Part shown: one piece after another, positions 32,450 to 44,364 of the stretch
Layout of the letters: each line of letters opens with the position of its first letter
How positions within the stretch are numbered: the stretch's first letter is position 1
IMG/VR virus record: IMGVR_UViG_3300014205_000181
Coordinates: 80,549 to 144,548 of that record
DNA length: 64,000 nt
Direction: 5' to 3' (one strand)
Source: a virus
Lineage: Duplodnaviria > Caudoviricetes
Program-made: the position numbers and the translations under genes
Notes under the pieces: model-generated
The model's input: the letters and a program-made list of their open reading frames with translations, nothing else
Told to the model about the DNA's origin: nothing
Database searches by the model: none

Positions 32450-33538
32450 ATGATCAAGTCATTCAAATATAGAATATATCCCAACAAAAGTCAAGAGGAA
32501 ATGTTTAATAAGCATTTTGGTTGCGCTAGATTTATTTATAATTGGGGCCTCAATCGCAAAGTTAAAGAATATGAAGTATCAAAAAAGACCTTGTCTTTCT
32601 TTGATTTAACAAAAGAAACAACCTCTTTAAAATCTGAAAATATATGGTTAAAAGAAGTCAATTCCCAATCGCTTCAAATGTCTCTAAGAAATCTTGATAA
32701 CGCATTTACTCGCTTCTTTAGAGAAAAGAAAGGGTTCCCTAAATTTAAATCTAAAAGAAACAACCAATCTTTCCAATGTCCACAGGCATGTTCAATTAAT
32801 TTTGAAACAAATAAATTAAATATCCCCAAAATTAAAAACATTAAAATAAAAATTGACAGATCGTTTGAAGGTAAAATTAAAACCGTCACAATTAGTAAAG
32901 TTCCTTCTGGTAAATACTATGCCTCAGTTTTAGTTGATGATAGAAAAGAATTACCATCAAAGATTAAAGCAGTTAAAGAGTTCTCTATTGGCGTTGACTT
33001 AGGGATCAAAACTTTCGCAACCTTATCAAATGGAGAAAAGATTGATAATCCACGACATTTTAAGAAATTAGAAAAACAATTAAAGCGAGCACAAAGGAAA
33101 CTATCACGCAAAAAGAAAGGTTCTTCTAATCGAGACAAAACAAGAATTAAAGTTACCATTTTACATGAAAGAGTTACTAATTCACGAAAAGATTTCTTGC
33201 ATAAATTATCTAAAAGACTGATTGACGAAAACCAAGCAGTTTGTCTTGAAAATTTAAATGTCAATGGACTTCTCAAGAATCGCAGGTTAGCAAAACACAT
33301 CCAAGATGCAGGATGGAGAACATTTAAAACATTCTGTGAATACAAGGCAGAATGGTCCGGTAAAGAAGTTAAGACTATTGGACGGTTCGAACCGAGTTCT
33401 AAACTTTGCAATGTATGTGGAGTATTAAACAATTCACTCACCTTAAAAGATCGAGAATGGACCTGTTCTTGTGGAACCATTCATGATCGTGACATTTTAG
33501 CCGCCAACAATATTCTAAATTTCGCATTTCTACCCTAG
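32450..33538 (+). CDS. tnpB: RNA-guided endonuclease TnpB
   Basis: N-terminal KYRIYP..HFGCARFIYN; RuvC GVDLG, CLENL, DRDI.AA.NI; zinc finger C..CG..C.C. Confidence 0.95.
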   Translation: MIKSFKYRIYPNKSQEEMFNKHFGCARFIYNWGLNRKVKEYEVSKKTLSFFDLTKETTSLKSENIWLKEVNSQSLQMSLRNLDNAFTRFFREKKGFPKFKSKRNNQSFQCPQACSINFETNKLNIPKIKNIKIKIDRSFEGKIKTVTISKVPSGKYYASVLVDDRKELPSKIKAVKEFSIGVDLGIKTFATLSNGEKIDNPRHFKKLEKQLKRAQRKLSRKKKGSSNRDKTRIKVTILHERVTNSRKDFLHKLSKRLIDENQAVCLENLNVNGLLKNRRLAKHIQDAGWRTFKTFCEYKAEWSGKEVKTIGRFEPSSKLCNVCGVLNNSLTLKDREWTCSCGTIHDRDILAANNILNFAFLP

Positions 33539-33649
33539 GGTCTAGGGGGAGTTAAGCCTGTGGAGATTGTGTAAGACCTTTAGGCAACGATCTTGGAAGC
33601 AGGAAGTCTTATTGTTTAAGATAGATCATGAAGGCTTGTCCTAGGTTAA
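33539..33649 (+). ncRNA. predicted omega/reRNA 3' portion plus guide (33630-33649)
   Basis: IS605-like right-end motifs ending at TCAT (33626-33629); guide inferred from the established TnpB architecture. Confidence 0.6.
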
Positions 33650-33674
33650 TCGTATTAGTCAAAATTAAACATCC
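33630..33674 (-). pseudogene. relic helicase penultimate segment (divergent allele)
   Basis: Translates GCLILTNTINLGQAF, against the intact NQILITQNLALAQPF. Confidence 0.6.
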
Positions 33675-33676
33675 AA

Positions 33677-33724
33677 TCAAGTTTGCCCAATATACTCACT
33701 TAAATCTCTTGGTTTTCTCGGCAT
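33677..33724 (-). pseudogene. stub of a homing endonuclease N-terminus
   Basis: MPRKPRDLSEYIGQT* resembles the start of IG..FGRLT-type HNH ORFs. Confidence 0.4.
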
Positions 33725-33727
33725 AAA

Positions 33728-35263
33728 TTAATCCTCCTCATATGAATGTCCCATAAACTCACTATCGAGGAACGGTTGCGCCAGTGCAAGATTTTGAGTA
33801 ATTAAAATTTGATTATTCGGGTCACAGTCTCCCTCTCTATTGTATGCGACAGAAGCTCTTAATAATCCGTTCTTTTTCTCAGTAGGAGTGCTCTGCAAAA
33901 CGATCAAAGAATCGAGGTGGGCTAGTTTGGTGAAGGCTTCGGCTATTTGCAGACCGCTAATATTTTTCATACCTGCTCCCGTTCGGTTCGTCTGTGACGC
34001 AGTTAAAACTAAAATATTCCTTTCTGTGGCGATTCTGGAAAGGCTCTTCCAAATCTCATCAAGCTGAAATCTCACGTCATTTCCAGTATTTACAGAACGC
34101 AACACATCCGCGTAATCTACGATCAAAACGTCAGGATAAAAACCACTACTATATGCTAAATTATCTAAATCTGCCTCAATTTCAGCAACACCGACCCCGA
34201 ACTTTGGATAACATTTTAATCGATACCTGTCATTTCCGTACATTAGCCCAAAACCTCGGCTCATATTAATTGCTTTATCGACGGTCAATTCTTCTTTAAA
34301 TTGCGAAAAAAACCAATTGGCCGTTTGGTAATCTGAAGTTCCACGACAAGCAGTACAAACAACATAATCCTTCGGGGCATTTGAAAATTCTGGAATCTCT
34401 CCAACAGAATTAACGAGTGGAATTTTACTGGCTCTAATACTTTTAGAACATATCCCTAACTGATTTTTTTTACAATCAAAGCAACTAATTTCATATTCTT
34501 TTGATTCATCGCCTTGTCCAGTAATCATTTTAAGATCACGGTAATTAATCTTAGTGGCGGACATTTCTAGGTTCGTCTCAAAAACGCGTAGCCTGTTCAT
34601 TCGAGCAACCAAGCCCAAAAAGTGCAGCATCCAGGTCTTGCCGCACTTTGGTGGTGCCATGATCGCAATCAACCTCCCTTTTTCCGGCTTAATTAAAGTA
34701 CCTAATGGACCAGGAATGGTAAATAATATATCTTCTACTTTTGCCTTAAACGTCTCCTTGATAAAATCAGCATCATGAGGATTTACGCAACCAGAAGTCA
34801 ATTCCGTTACTTTTCTATGATTCCTAATTTGTTTTTCTACTTCTTCTATTTGGTCAAGTTTAGCATAACTTGAGATATTATCAGCTAATTTGATATACGA
34901 TTGTTTCTTAAGATATGGTATAGCTTGTTCAATGAAATATTTACTATTCCTTTTTTCTCCTTCTTCAATGAACTTATTCGATAGATTTTCAAGTAGGTCT
35001 TGTATAATCTCTGCATCTTCTGCTTGCAATTTACCTTTTTTAGTATTAAAAATATCCTGAATATATTTACCAGGGCTTGACTTATAATTATTATAATACT
35101 CTTGAATCCAAAGGAATATTTTGCGGATATGAGGGGTATCAAAATATTCTGGTTTGGCAATGGGTAGAATTGCTTTACAAAAATCATCATCGATTATGAG
35201 ATTGATTGCTATATTTTTTTCTGATTCTTGGTCGATCTTACGTCCACTAATTGAAATTGCCAT
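33728..35263 (-). CDS. DnaB-like replicative helicase
   Basis: Walker A APPKCGKT, LEM, VDYAD, TASQTNR; Cys-rich insertion. Confidence 0.9.
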   Translation of the reverse strand: MAISISGRKIDQESEKNIAINLIIDDDFCKAILPIAKPEYFDTPHIRKIFLWIQEYYNNYKSSPGKYIQDIFNTKKGKLQAEDAEIIQDLLENLSNKFIEEGEKRNSKYFIEQAIPYLKKQSYIKLADNISSYAKLDQIEEVEKQIRNHRKVTELTSGCVNPHDADFIKETFKAKVEDILFTIPGPLGTLIKPEKGRLIAIMAPPKCGKTWMLHFLGLVARMNRLRVFETNLEMSATKINYRDLKMITGQGDESKEYEISCFDCKKNQLGICSKSIRASKIPLVNSVGEIPEFSNAPKDYVVCTACRGTSDYQTANWFFSQFKEELTVDKAINMSRGFGLMYGNDRYRLKCYPKFGVGVAEIEADLDNLAYSSGFYPDVLIVDYADVLRSVNTGNDVRFQLDEIWKSLSRIATERNILVLTASQTNRTGAGMKNISGLQIAEAFTKLAHLDSLIVLQSTPTEKKNGLLRASVAYNREGDCDPNNQILITQNLALAQPFLDSEFMGHSYEED

Positions 35264-35336
35264 ATATTATAAACTTTCCTCGTTCTGTTTATACATTTTA
35301 ACCGCCTTTCTCTCCCAAGAATTATTATTAACCAAC

Positions 35337-35561
35337 CTAATCACAAATCACAATACTCCTAGTTTTCCTATAATAATTTAGCGTTACATACCCATTATTC
35401 TCTAATGAACTAATTGCTTTGCTTACCGTTACTGGATTTTTATCAATTATTTTCCCTATCTCAACATTATTTTTACTGGATTTTTTGCCAGATAGAATTA
35501 AGTTGTAAAGGATTCTCTTCGCCGTTGGGCTTAAATTGTTATCATTCATGTAATCTTTCAA
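35337..35561 (-). CDS. winged-HTH protein
   Basis: LSPTAKRIL...EIG.II......VSKAISSLE..GY. Confidence 0.75.
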   Translation of the reverse strand: MKDYMNDNNLSPTAKRILYNLILSGKKSSKNNVEIGKIIDKNPVTVSKAISSLENNGYVTLNYYRKTRSIVICD

Positions 35562-35581
35562 ATAATTAACCTCCTAGTACC

Positions 35582-35608
35582 TTATCGGCATTCTTTGCAT
35601 AAACTTTA
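35582..35608 (-). promoter_or_regulatory. sigma28-type promoter
   Basis: TAAA-N15-GCCGATAA, then AGGAGG SD. Confidence 0.75.
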
Positions 35609-38600
35609 ATTATTTTATCTATCTTTAGTTAAAAATATTAAAAGTCTTTATTTCCTATTCTTATTATGTGGGCAAATGACGCAGTATCTTGTATCACATC
35701 CCTTATTCCGAAATTCTAAAACACATTCTACCTTGATTTTCATTTATAACCTCCTGTTTTAATTTCCATAATCCACAGCGACTATTTTACCTTTGTACTT
35801 ACCAAACGAATCCAATTTAGGTTCTGCCGGAATTGTGTAATCTTCTCGTAGTAACCAATTCTCGGCATCCATTTCAAAGAATTCTTCTCTTGTTAAAGGT
35901 TCGCATCTAGGCATTACCACTAGAAATCCAAATGGAATATAAAATAAAACTGGGCAAAGTTCTGGTTGGTTAATTTTACTGAATTGAACTTCTTGCATAT
36001 TAGCTAAAAGCCCCAATAAGAACAAGCGGAATTCATACATAATACTTGGGATTTTAAACGCATATTTTCCTATTAGAAATACTACCCTTGTTGTTCCATA
36101 GGCTATTCTACAATTTTTATGAATTATTGACATATTCATTTGTCCATAATCTTAGGGCACCAATTGGGCTTGACTAGAGTATCAGAAACACTCCCAATTG
36201 AATACGCATTATCATCCGACATGCAATAATTCTTATGGTCATTTTCTGTATCTTGGGATAAACGCTCACAGCCACCGCAATCTTTCTCCAACCCCTTTGC
36301 CAATTTAACAATATTAGATACTAGGTAATTAATTCTAGCATGAAAATTGACATTATGTAGATAATACTCTTTTGCTTTATGAGGGATAATATTTATAGAT
36401 TCAGCAGTGCAAGTATTGACATTGATCGGATTCTCTTTTTCGTATTCAGTAAAAATCAATAGTTCTAGAAGTTTTTCTTCAAATTTATGGTAATTCATTT
36501 TATTTCTTTAGCCCCAAATCAATATAGTTCTCGACTTCTTGATTAACCAATTGATTTTTACAATAATTAATACAGCCGCTAGGTGGAACTAGTTCCCCGC
36601 CATCGACCCAACATTCGTCGGTGATTAAATCAAAAATCATGGAATTGACAAGCGGCAATTGCCCATAGGCATCTATCAAACCAGAGTTATGACAATTAAA
36701 AGAAATATTTAAATGATTTCCAGCTAGCATTGATAGTGGTCGTTGATCATCCAATTGAATATATTTACATATTAAGCATTTGTGGTAATTCATATTATTT
36801 TTACCTCTCCGCGAATGGTACTAAATATTTATTAAAATATTGTTCTGTTATTTGAGTGCATATTTTACCAGTATTGTATGATTCCATAAACCACAAATCC
36901 CCAGTATACTTACCGCAATATCCCATTGACACAGTATAAAGTTTACCATCCTTGATATTTCTATAAATTGTCATTTCTTTACCTTCTTATTCTCCTACTA
37001 TTTCCTCAATAATTACACCAAAACCCTTACAATGAGGGCATTCTTTTAGCGGTTCATTAATCATTGTAATCAATTCAGAAAGATATTTGTCTATATTATT
37101 CTTTAAATCTTGATGGTCTTTACCTTCAAACCCTGGAAGAACAGTATACTTTCCGTATCTATCCTTATCGCTAGTCATATCAAATACTTCTATTTCTCTG
37201 TCCTTAATGAACTTCTCCTTATATTTCCTATTTTTATAAGAAGTCCCGTTATCTTTCTTAATCTCTATTTTATTATGTATGATATCATTAAGAGGAACGA
37301 CCTTCTTTACAGTAAAACAAAAATCATAATCAGAAGTGACCCTTGCATATTTACCATTAATGTTTTGTTTGACATATTCTCTTACGATTTCATAGCTTTC
37401 TTTGCTTGATAAATTACAGGGTTGATTAGGAAGAGCAATAGACGGGAATACAATTTTGTCTAGTAATTGGTGCTGAATGTTTTCAATTCTAAAATTATTG
37501 TAATTTTCTAAGTTTTTAATATCTGGAATCTCTAAAATAGTTTTATAAGTAAATTCGATTTGTTCTTCTGCATCGGGTTGTTCATCTGACAATTCTTCAT
37601 AGAATCCTTGAAGGTGTTTAAATTCAGATTTCCATTCACAGTAATCGTTATTCTGCTCCATTACCTCACTCTTTGGGAGGATTTTAGGGAGACTAGAAAT
37701 ATCTATGAATTCTAAATCACTTTTGAGTTCATACCTGTGATTTATTCTTGGTTGTTTAACCAGTTTATATAATGTAATTGGCTCTTCTTTTACGAATACC
37801 CAATTTTTATGGAACGTCGTTTCTGGACGTTCCCCATTAATGAAATAAGAATTTAATGCATTATTGTAATACGTTGAATCCCCATTAGGGTCACTTGAAA
37901 TATAATAACCATTATTTGTTTTAACGCCAGTAATAATTAACATTTGTTCCCCTTATTGCACCATTTATTCACAAACGCTGCGTCATCAGTACTCAACATA
38001 ACATAATTTTCACAATCAATCTCACACGCCTTAATAAGATTTCTAGCATCTTGAATCGATGTTTCATACCAGTATTTCCACGGTTTAGTCAACCAGAAAT
38101 CAGGCTCGGTTCCATAGATCTTGGCATAAATAGCAGCTTCTTTAAAAGTCATTTTCTGCTTCTTTAAAAATACTCTTGAAAAGAATCCCGGTTGTTTTAG
38201 CATATAATATTTAACTGTTTTCTTAAATTCATCTCCTCTCTTCTTCATAAAAGCATGAATATAACTTGAACAAGCACTGTATATTAGGTCTTTTCTTACT
38301 TTCAATTGCGTCATCACTCCTCTCCCGTCTCAACGCTCATTGTTTCTTTATTACATGCAGGGCAAAGATAAACATCTCCGTTCGCAACTGACCTGCTATA
38401 TGCCACGAAAACATCAAAATCTTCATATCCACAATGCTGACAATAAATCCATTCTACTTTCATTTATTTGCCTTCAATGTCAAACAATCCATTTATAATA
38501 CTCTCCCCATATCCAGCACCAAGCAATAATGGGCTAATAATTTCTTCCCATAATTCTTGGATATTCAAATTGCCCTTTGGAATCTCAATACTAACAATGC

Positions 38601-38667
38601 CGTATTGTGTTTGAAGCGTTGCTTTTGTTCCTTTGAAATCATTTGTGCTTAACATAATTCTCCTTAA

Positions 38668-38986
38668 TTAAAATTTAAAAACACATACCAACATAGACCC
38701 AACACAATAACCAATTAAATCTTCTGCGTCAAAATTCTTATCCGTTAATTCTTTAAGTACTCCTACAGATAAAGAAGTCAATACGGAAATTAATGCTGTT
38801 TGATACCAAGGCAGATCAGAATATTCAAAAATCCAAAATGTGATACCTGCCCCCTATTAAGGCATGTATTGGTTGGCCTAAATTCTTTTTCTCTACTTTC
38901 GTATTAATGTCACGGTATTCATTATCTGCTAAACATATATTTGTTGTAAAAAGAATTATTAAAATTGTTGTTATTAAAACTTTCAT
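38668..38986 (-). pseudogene. frameshifted membrane protein (VanZ/YfiM-like)
   Basis: Removing one G from the G5 run at 38850-38854 gives a continuous ~105 aa ORF with G.LKELTD....EDL. Confidence 0.5.
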
Positions 38987-40178
38987 ATTTATCCTATAAA
39001 TTATTTATTCCCAAAATCCTTGTTTAACAAATTTACCATCTGGTGTGAACTCAATACTCGAATAGAAATTAAAATACCCGACAAATTTACTAGAATGATT
39101 TACACCATTATCGTCGTAATCATCTGCGCCGATTCTATAAATTATGGTATTGTCGGGAGAATCTTGATATTGTTTTAAATTGATACCAATCTGAAAATAA
39201 AACTGTTTGAATAATTCTAAATCTGTCATGGTCTGCTCTCAGATAACAGAACTTTCCGAGCTAATTCAAACGCGTTTACATATGCCCTTGCTTGAGCTTC
39301 GCATGAATCAAAATCCCCACTCAGACAAGATGATGTGCCAACTACTAATTGTTTCTTTAACGTCCCATCTTCTTGAATTCGGTCCGACAGGGAAATTCTG
39401 AGCATCGGACCCCATCCCAATTCATTCACTGTAACTTCGGTATCTATATGTTTTATTTCTAGTTCCATTGGGTTACCCAGTTTAATCAGATATATTTATT
39501 AATCATTTCAAGTAAGCAATGTTGGCAAATATCTAACCGTATTGTATTCCCATCACCGAATACACTACCATATCCACCTACAAAATTTACAAAGTGGAAT
39601 TCTTGCAACTCAATCCAATTATCATAGTCATATTCTTTCTTACAAATATCACAAGTAATTAATTCTGGCCTTTTTACTTCTTCTGTATATGTTTTGTATC
39701 TAATCATTACACTCCCCTAATTTTCTGATTTGTCTCTTCATCCAACTTGCATTGCAATTCGTAACGCTCTCTAATGTATCTTCAAAGCAACAGGGAGCAT
39801 CACATACAAACGCTTCGTGCTGTATATAACAATCTCTGCAATGGCAGAATTTATTTCCACATGATTTACAGACTTCTTCAATTTCTTTCGATTCTATATT
39901 CATTTTGGCTATGCCTTATGAAGATTTAAATATCTGGTAACAATTATTTATTGACGCGTATAAGAAAATAACAACCAGCGCCCACAAAATTATCGATACA
40001 TTATTCCCTGTATACATATTGAATACAATAAAATATAACCCAACTAATCTAGAAAGAACCAAAGCTGACATTGTACCTATAAAATCCTAGCTGTATTGTC
40101 TTCAAACATGATCCAATCCCTTATAAATCAACAAACTTCGTTTCCACAACCGCCATAACGAGTGTCGTGTGTTTCATA

Positions 40179-40211
40179 AAACGTAACGTGCCACCAGAGC
40201 ACGTTACGTTT
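40179..40211. repeat. 13-bp perfect inverted repeat
   Basis: AAACGTAACGTGC-N7-GCACGTTACGTTT. Confidence 0.85.
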
Positions 40212-40987
40212 GACAAGTTCCACACCAGTATTGATTTTCGTCTTGTGTGTCATTTCCGTTAGAAAATTTTTCTTTCTCAATACTTTTCTGTTTTGCGAAT
40301 TTACCTACTACTGAATAGCTCATAATTTATCCTTTATCCCGTTTCCTTAAACAATGCTTACAAGTAACAAATCTCCATTCTCTGTGGGTATAGAAAGATT
40401 TCCCATCGTATAAAGCTTTTGCCCCCACACATAGGGGAGCATTTATTCTTGCATATTTCCCAAAGCCTAGATATTTTTCGGCGGTTTGCGGACCTTTCTT
40501 GTGGATTATTGGGATTTTATTCATAATCGTCCTCGTTGTAAACTTCACGTGCGGCTTGTTCACGTGCTTTACGGTACTCTTCCTTGTCACATGCCTTCAA
40601 TATCCCGTAGTTTTTACCAAATTTATCACAGAGTATTTCAGTCATCCTATCCTCAATGGCCTCTTGCTGGGCCTCTCCGTGAGCAAAAGCAAAGTGCTCT
40701 TCCCGTATCCGAGGGTCAAGTTTAAAAAATTCTTCTCTAACGTACTCGGTGGCGTGAGACGCGGCTAAGATCAATCCTATATTTTCACAGTCTTTCGCGT
40801 TCATAATTTATCCTTAATATCTTAATCAATCAGAGATTCATAACAGTACGGGCATAACGGCCCATAATCCATGTGGAAATCTGTACATTGGTTGTGTAAT
40901 TCCATAGTACAGTTATCGCAAAAGGCTGTTTCATCAATTTCATCGCCACAAAATTCGCACTTCTCTCCGATTCCAGCCATCACACCC

Positions 40988-41536
40988 TCACCCCTTATAA
41001 AAAATATGTTTCCCAATTTTGACTACAGGGTCACAAGACTTCGCCCACTTCGGGCTAACATAATCAGCATGATACGAAGTACAAGTATCTAATTCTTTTA
41101 TTCTTAATCCCTTGTTAAAGTCTCTAGCGGCACGTTTACTCTCTTCCCATAAAACACCTTCTGGGTTTTCTCGTTCTTTAAGGGTCCAGGAGAATTGACT
41201 AGGAGAGTATACCACTTCTTTTACGGTATCGCCATATTTATTTGAATTTACTCTATTCAATGTCACTTGAGCAACAGCAATTTTGCCAGAATAATCTTCA
41301 ACCCCGGATTCAAAATAAATATTTAAAGCAAGGATGTGTTCTTCTTCATCGGATAATTTTTTAGTATTTTCTGGGCTAATCCAATAAAAATCCAGGTTAA
41401 ACTTTTCGTCTAATTCGTTTGTTAGGGTATTGACTTGCTCTTGGAGTGAATCGGCTTTTTTTTCGGATTGCATGAAGGCGAAAGCAAATAAAATGTAAAA
41501 ACCTAGTCCGAATAATATTAGTGATTTGTTTTGCAT
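40988..41536 (-). CDS. SleB/Hydrolase_2 cell wall hydrolase
   Basis: LALNIYFES, AVAQVTLNRV, QFSW, YHADYVSPKW, IGKHIFY; N-terminal TM segment. Confidence 0.9.
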   Translation of the reverse strand: MQNKSLILFGLGFYILFAFAFMQSEKKADSLQEQVNTLTNELDEKFNLDFYWISPENTKKLSDEEEHILALNIYFESGVEDYSGKIAVAQVTLNRVNSNKYGDTVKEVVYSPSQFSWTLKERENPEGVLWEESKRAARDFNKGLRIKELDTCTSYHADYVSPKWAKSCDPVVKIGKHIFYKG

Positions 41537-43516
41537 AATTTACCTCAATTATTGATCGCTTCCCATGCACTAATTAATTTCTGAATTTGAACTTCCAGCA
41601 CATCAAAAATACTCTCGTCTTTAATTCCATATACTTTAAAAGTAACCCATTCTCCATCTTTCGGCTCTGCACATAATTCTATTTCAAATTCTTTGTGTTC
41701 CTCACTGCTGTATTTAATATCCCACCCATAAACGAGGATCTGAATTCCTGGTTTATCATCGTTACATTTACATCTTGTCTCTGTATTATATTTCTTCCAC
41801 CAATAAATATCTGCGTTAGAAAAGCCAGGTTTTACTCCACCATACCACCCCATTTCTTTAAATTTGTCGTTATAATTTTGCATTTAAGTACTCATTTCTT
41901 AGAAAGATAATAATTAATATCCCATTTACAGAATCCATGGCCATCTAGCATTTCTTCACATGTTGGAAGATCGCTAAATGGATGAAATTCCCCATTTTCA
42001 AATGTACTACTATTAATAATTTTTCTTCTCTGATTGAACACCCACTGATTCCTAATTAAAGCATAAGCACAAATAATTAATTCCACTACACAAGTAATCA
42101 AAAAAATAATTGCCCACATAAACGACTCCTTAATCAATCTTTTTGCATTTCTCGGTAATCTTCCAATAGCCCACTCATATTCTCTTCTATATTGATGCAA
42201 AATCCAAGTGCTTCCAGATTTAAGTAAATTTCTCCACATTTTTCACACATAAACCACGGAGATATTTTAACCTCTGTGTATCCGAACTTATCTTCTTCAA
42301 ATTCCGTAGGCCCGCGCCACCTATTAAACCGCAAAGATAGATCATTTACTTTAATTTTCGCTCCGCATGAACAACACTTTCTTGATTTTTTAGTATTTAA
42401 AGGAAAGAAGTATTCCATTTCTGGCGGAACATTACCATATCCTTCGGTAAGCACTTTCTCGGCTAGGATGTAAAACCACCCATCTCCTTCCCACTCTGCG
42501 CAATAACATGACAAGCTCATATTTTATTCTCCAATTCGTCAGCTTGTTTTCTAAGATACGTTGCCTTTGCTGAATTAAATTCTTTTTCTGTTTCATAGGT
42601 GTTTAAGGTTTTATCACAATTCTTACATGATAAACACCAGATATACTTAGGTGTCCAATCCGAATAATGCGAAAAGCAAGAGGAGAACTCAACTTCTCCG
42701 TGCTGACATTTCATTTGCTTTAGTTCTTTTTCAATATAAAGAACACGATCAACTAAAGATGTTATTACTGCCGCTTCTTTCTTAGATAAGTACATAAACA
42801 TTTAATCACCTACTCCCTCAATTTAACCTACATTTGTCGCCGTGCTTTTTATCGTTTAAATTAAGCGCCTATGCGCATCAAATTTTAAGCATCTGTATGG
42901 TTTATTGAACCCATTTATCAAATACAGATTCTATCTCTTTAAAAGAGTAATTACTTTCTACCATATTACAACCGCTATGTCTACTAAAATAATTCAGACA
43001 AAAGTCGATAATGTCAATTTCAGAATATTTTTCTGGAGGATATTCGTTCATTTATTTAATATACCCGCCAACTCCCTTTGTACTTAAATCAAACGTAACC
43101 CATCCACCAGTAGCCAATCGCCCAACTTGTACTTTTTCTTTATCATGGGTTTTCGTAAACATATAGTTCTGAATTTCGTCCACCTTGAAAAATTTAAAAA
43201 CACGCTCATTAAATTCCAGCAATTCGCTACGCATTGAAGGAGGGAAATTAGGAACAATCGTCATAGACCAATCCTTCCAATGTGTATTCCACTCTTCGTG
43301 CATGGTGAAGAGGAAGCTAGTCTTTGACCGACTAAGAGCTAGCTTCTTGGCTTCTTCCTTGCTAAATGACTTTTCTTCAAGCTTAGAATACTTTGACCAC
43401 CCGATACGGACTCCGTCATCTTGGCTCTTAATGGCGATAAAACACCCTACTGGATTCCCGTTTTTACGAATGTACTTAATTAGTTGTGTTTTCATTTTGC
43501 TTCCTTTAGTTTTGCT

Positions 43517-43981
43517 TTAGTTGATTTGTTTGCGGTTAATAAAATTTGAATAAGTACCGAAATTATTTTTTAAATCATTAAGCATCGTTTCGTCATTCAG
43601 CCCTTTTTCTTTAAAAACGTACTCAACATATTCGTGGTCGTATAATTTCTTTCTACGTTTATTTACTTCTTTAATTTTTTCGAACACAATATCTCTATCA
43701 ATACCATAAGTTTCTAGAAGATATTTTGCTATTCCCGGATAAGAAATTTCTTTAAATTGGCAAATCGGGCATGAAGATTCAGAGTAGCAAGAATCTCCCC
43801 ACCCGTTTTCCGATTGGTCTTCATTCAATAAATGCTCATCGCAAATCACATGGCCGTTGACACATTCAGCGAATCCTAAATCCTCTGGACTTGCATCCCA
43901 ACCTGATTCAGTTGCACTACAAATTTCACAGACAAAAGAACTTGAACTTGAGTTGCTTACAAAATAGTTCCTGGATTTCAT
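43517..43981 (-). CDS. SNSSSSS-motif protein 3 (Cys-rich)
   Basis: MKSRNYFVSNSSSSSF, then CEIC, CVNGH..C, CPIC. Confidence 0.8.
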   Translation of the reverse strand: MKSRNYFVSNSSSSSFVCEICSATESGWDASPEDLGFAECVNGHVICDEHLLNEDQSENGWGDSCYSESSCPICQFKEISYPGIAKYLLETYGIDRDIVFEKIKEVNKRRKKLYDHEYVEYVFKEKGLNDETMLNDLKNNFGTYSNFINRKQIN

Positions 43982-43983
43982 AA

Positions 43984-44349
43984 TTAATAACCTCCCTCAC
44001 TTTCGATAACAACCATATCACTTGAACCGATATTGTTTAATCCATTCTTGCATAGAAAGCTTTCTACCCCACCTTCTTTACTGCTGAACGAACCCATTAG
44101 AATTACCTTTCCTCCTTGAATAGCAGCCTTGGCCTGATTATATCTATCATCTTCTAACATCTCTTCGGCACTATAACAATATCCTTCCACAAAATAACGT
44201 GCTAATTCTTCAACCGTTTTAATTGTATCCCTTGAATATGTCCGCAAATCAACCTCAATTTCCAATTTAACCTTTGGATTGTCTCCGTTTACTGCTACGA
44301 TAAATGAAGAACTTGAACTGTTACTGACGAAAAAGTTTCTCGATTTCAT
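43984..44349 (-). CDS. SNSSSSS-motif protein 2
   Basis: MKSRNFFVSNSSSSSF N-terminus. Confidence 0.8.
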   Translation of the reverse strand: MKSRNFFVSNSSSSSFIVAVNGDNPKVKLEIEVDLRTYSRDTIKTVEELARYFVEGYCYSAEEMLEDDRYNQAKAAIQGGKVILMGSFSSKEGGVESFLCKNGLNNIGSSDMVVIESEGGY

Positions 44350-44364
44350 ATTAATATCCTTTAA

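Larger units (their letters stand above)
32357..33629 (+). mobile_element. IS200/IS605-derived solo tnpB element (no tnpA)
   Basis: tnpB ORF, then CCTGTGGAG...GAAGCAGGAA, a hairpin and a TCAT right end; left boundary approximate. Confidence 0.7.

Noticed and set aside
32450-33538. TnpB as a nuclease-dead TldR repressor, prompted by the sigma28/flagellar link
   Set aside because: All three RuvC acidic residues are present and there is no flagellin gene in the window.
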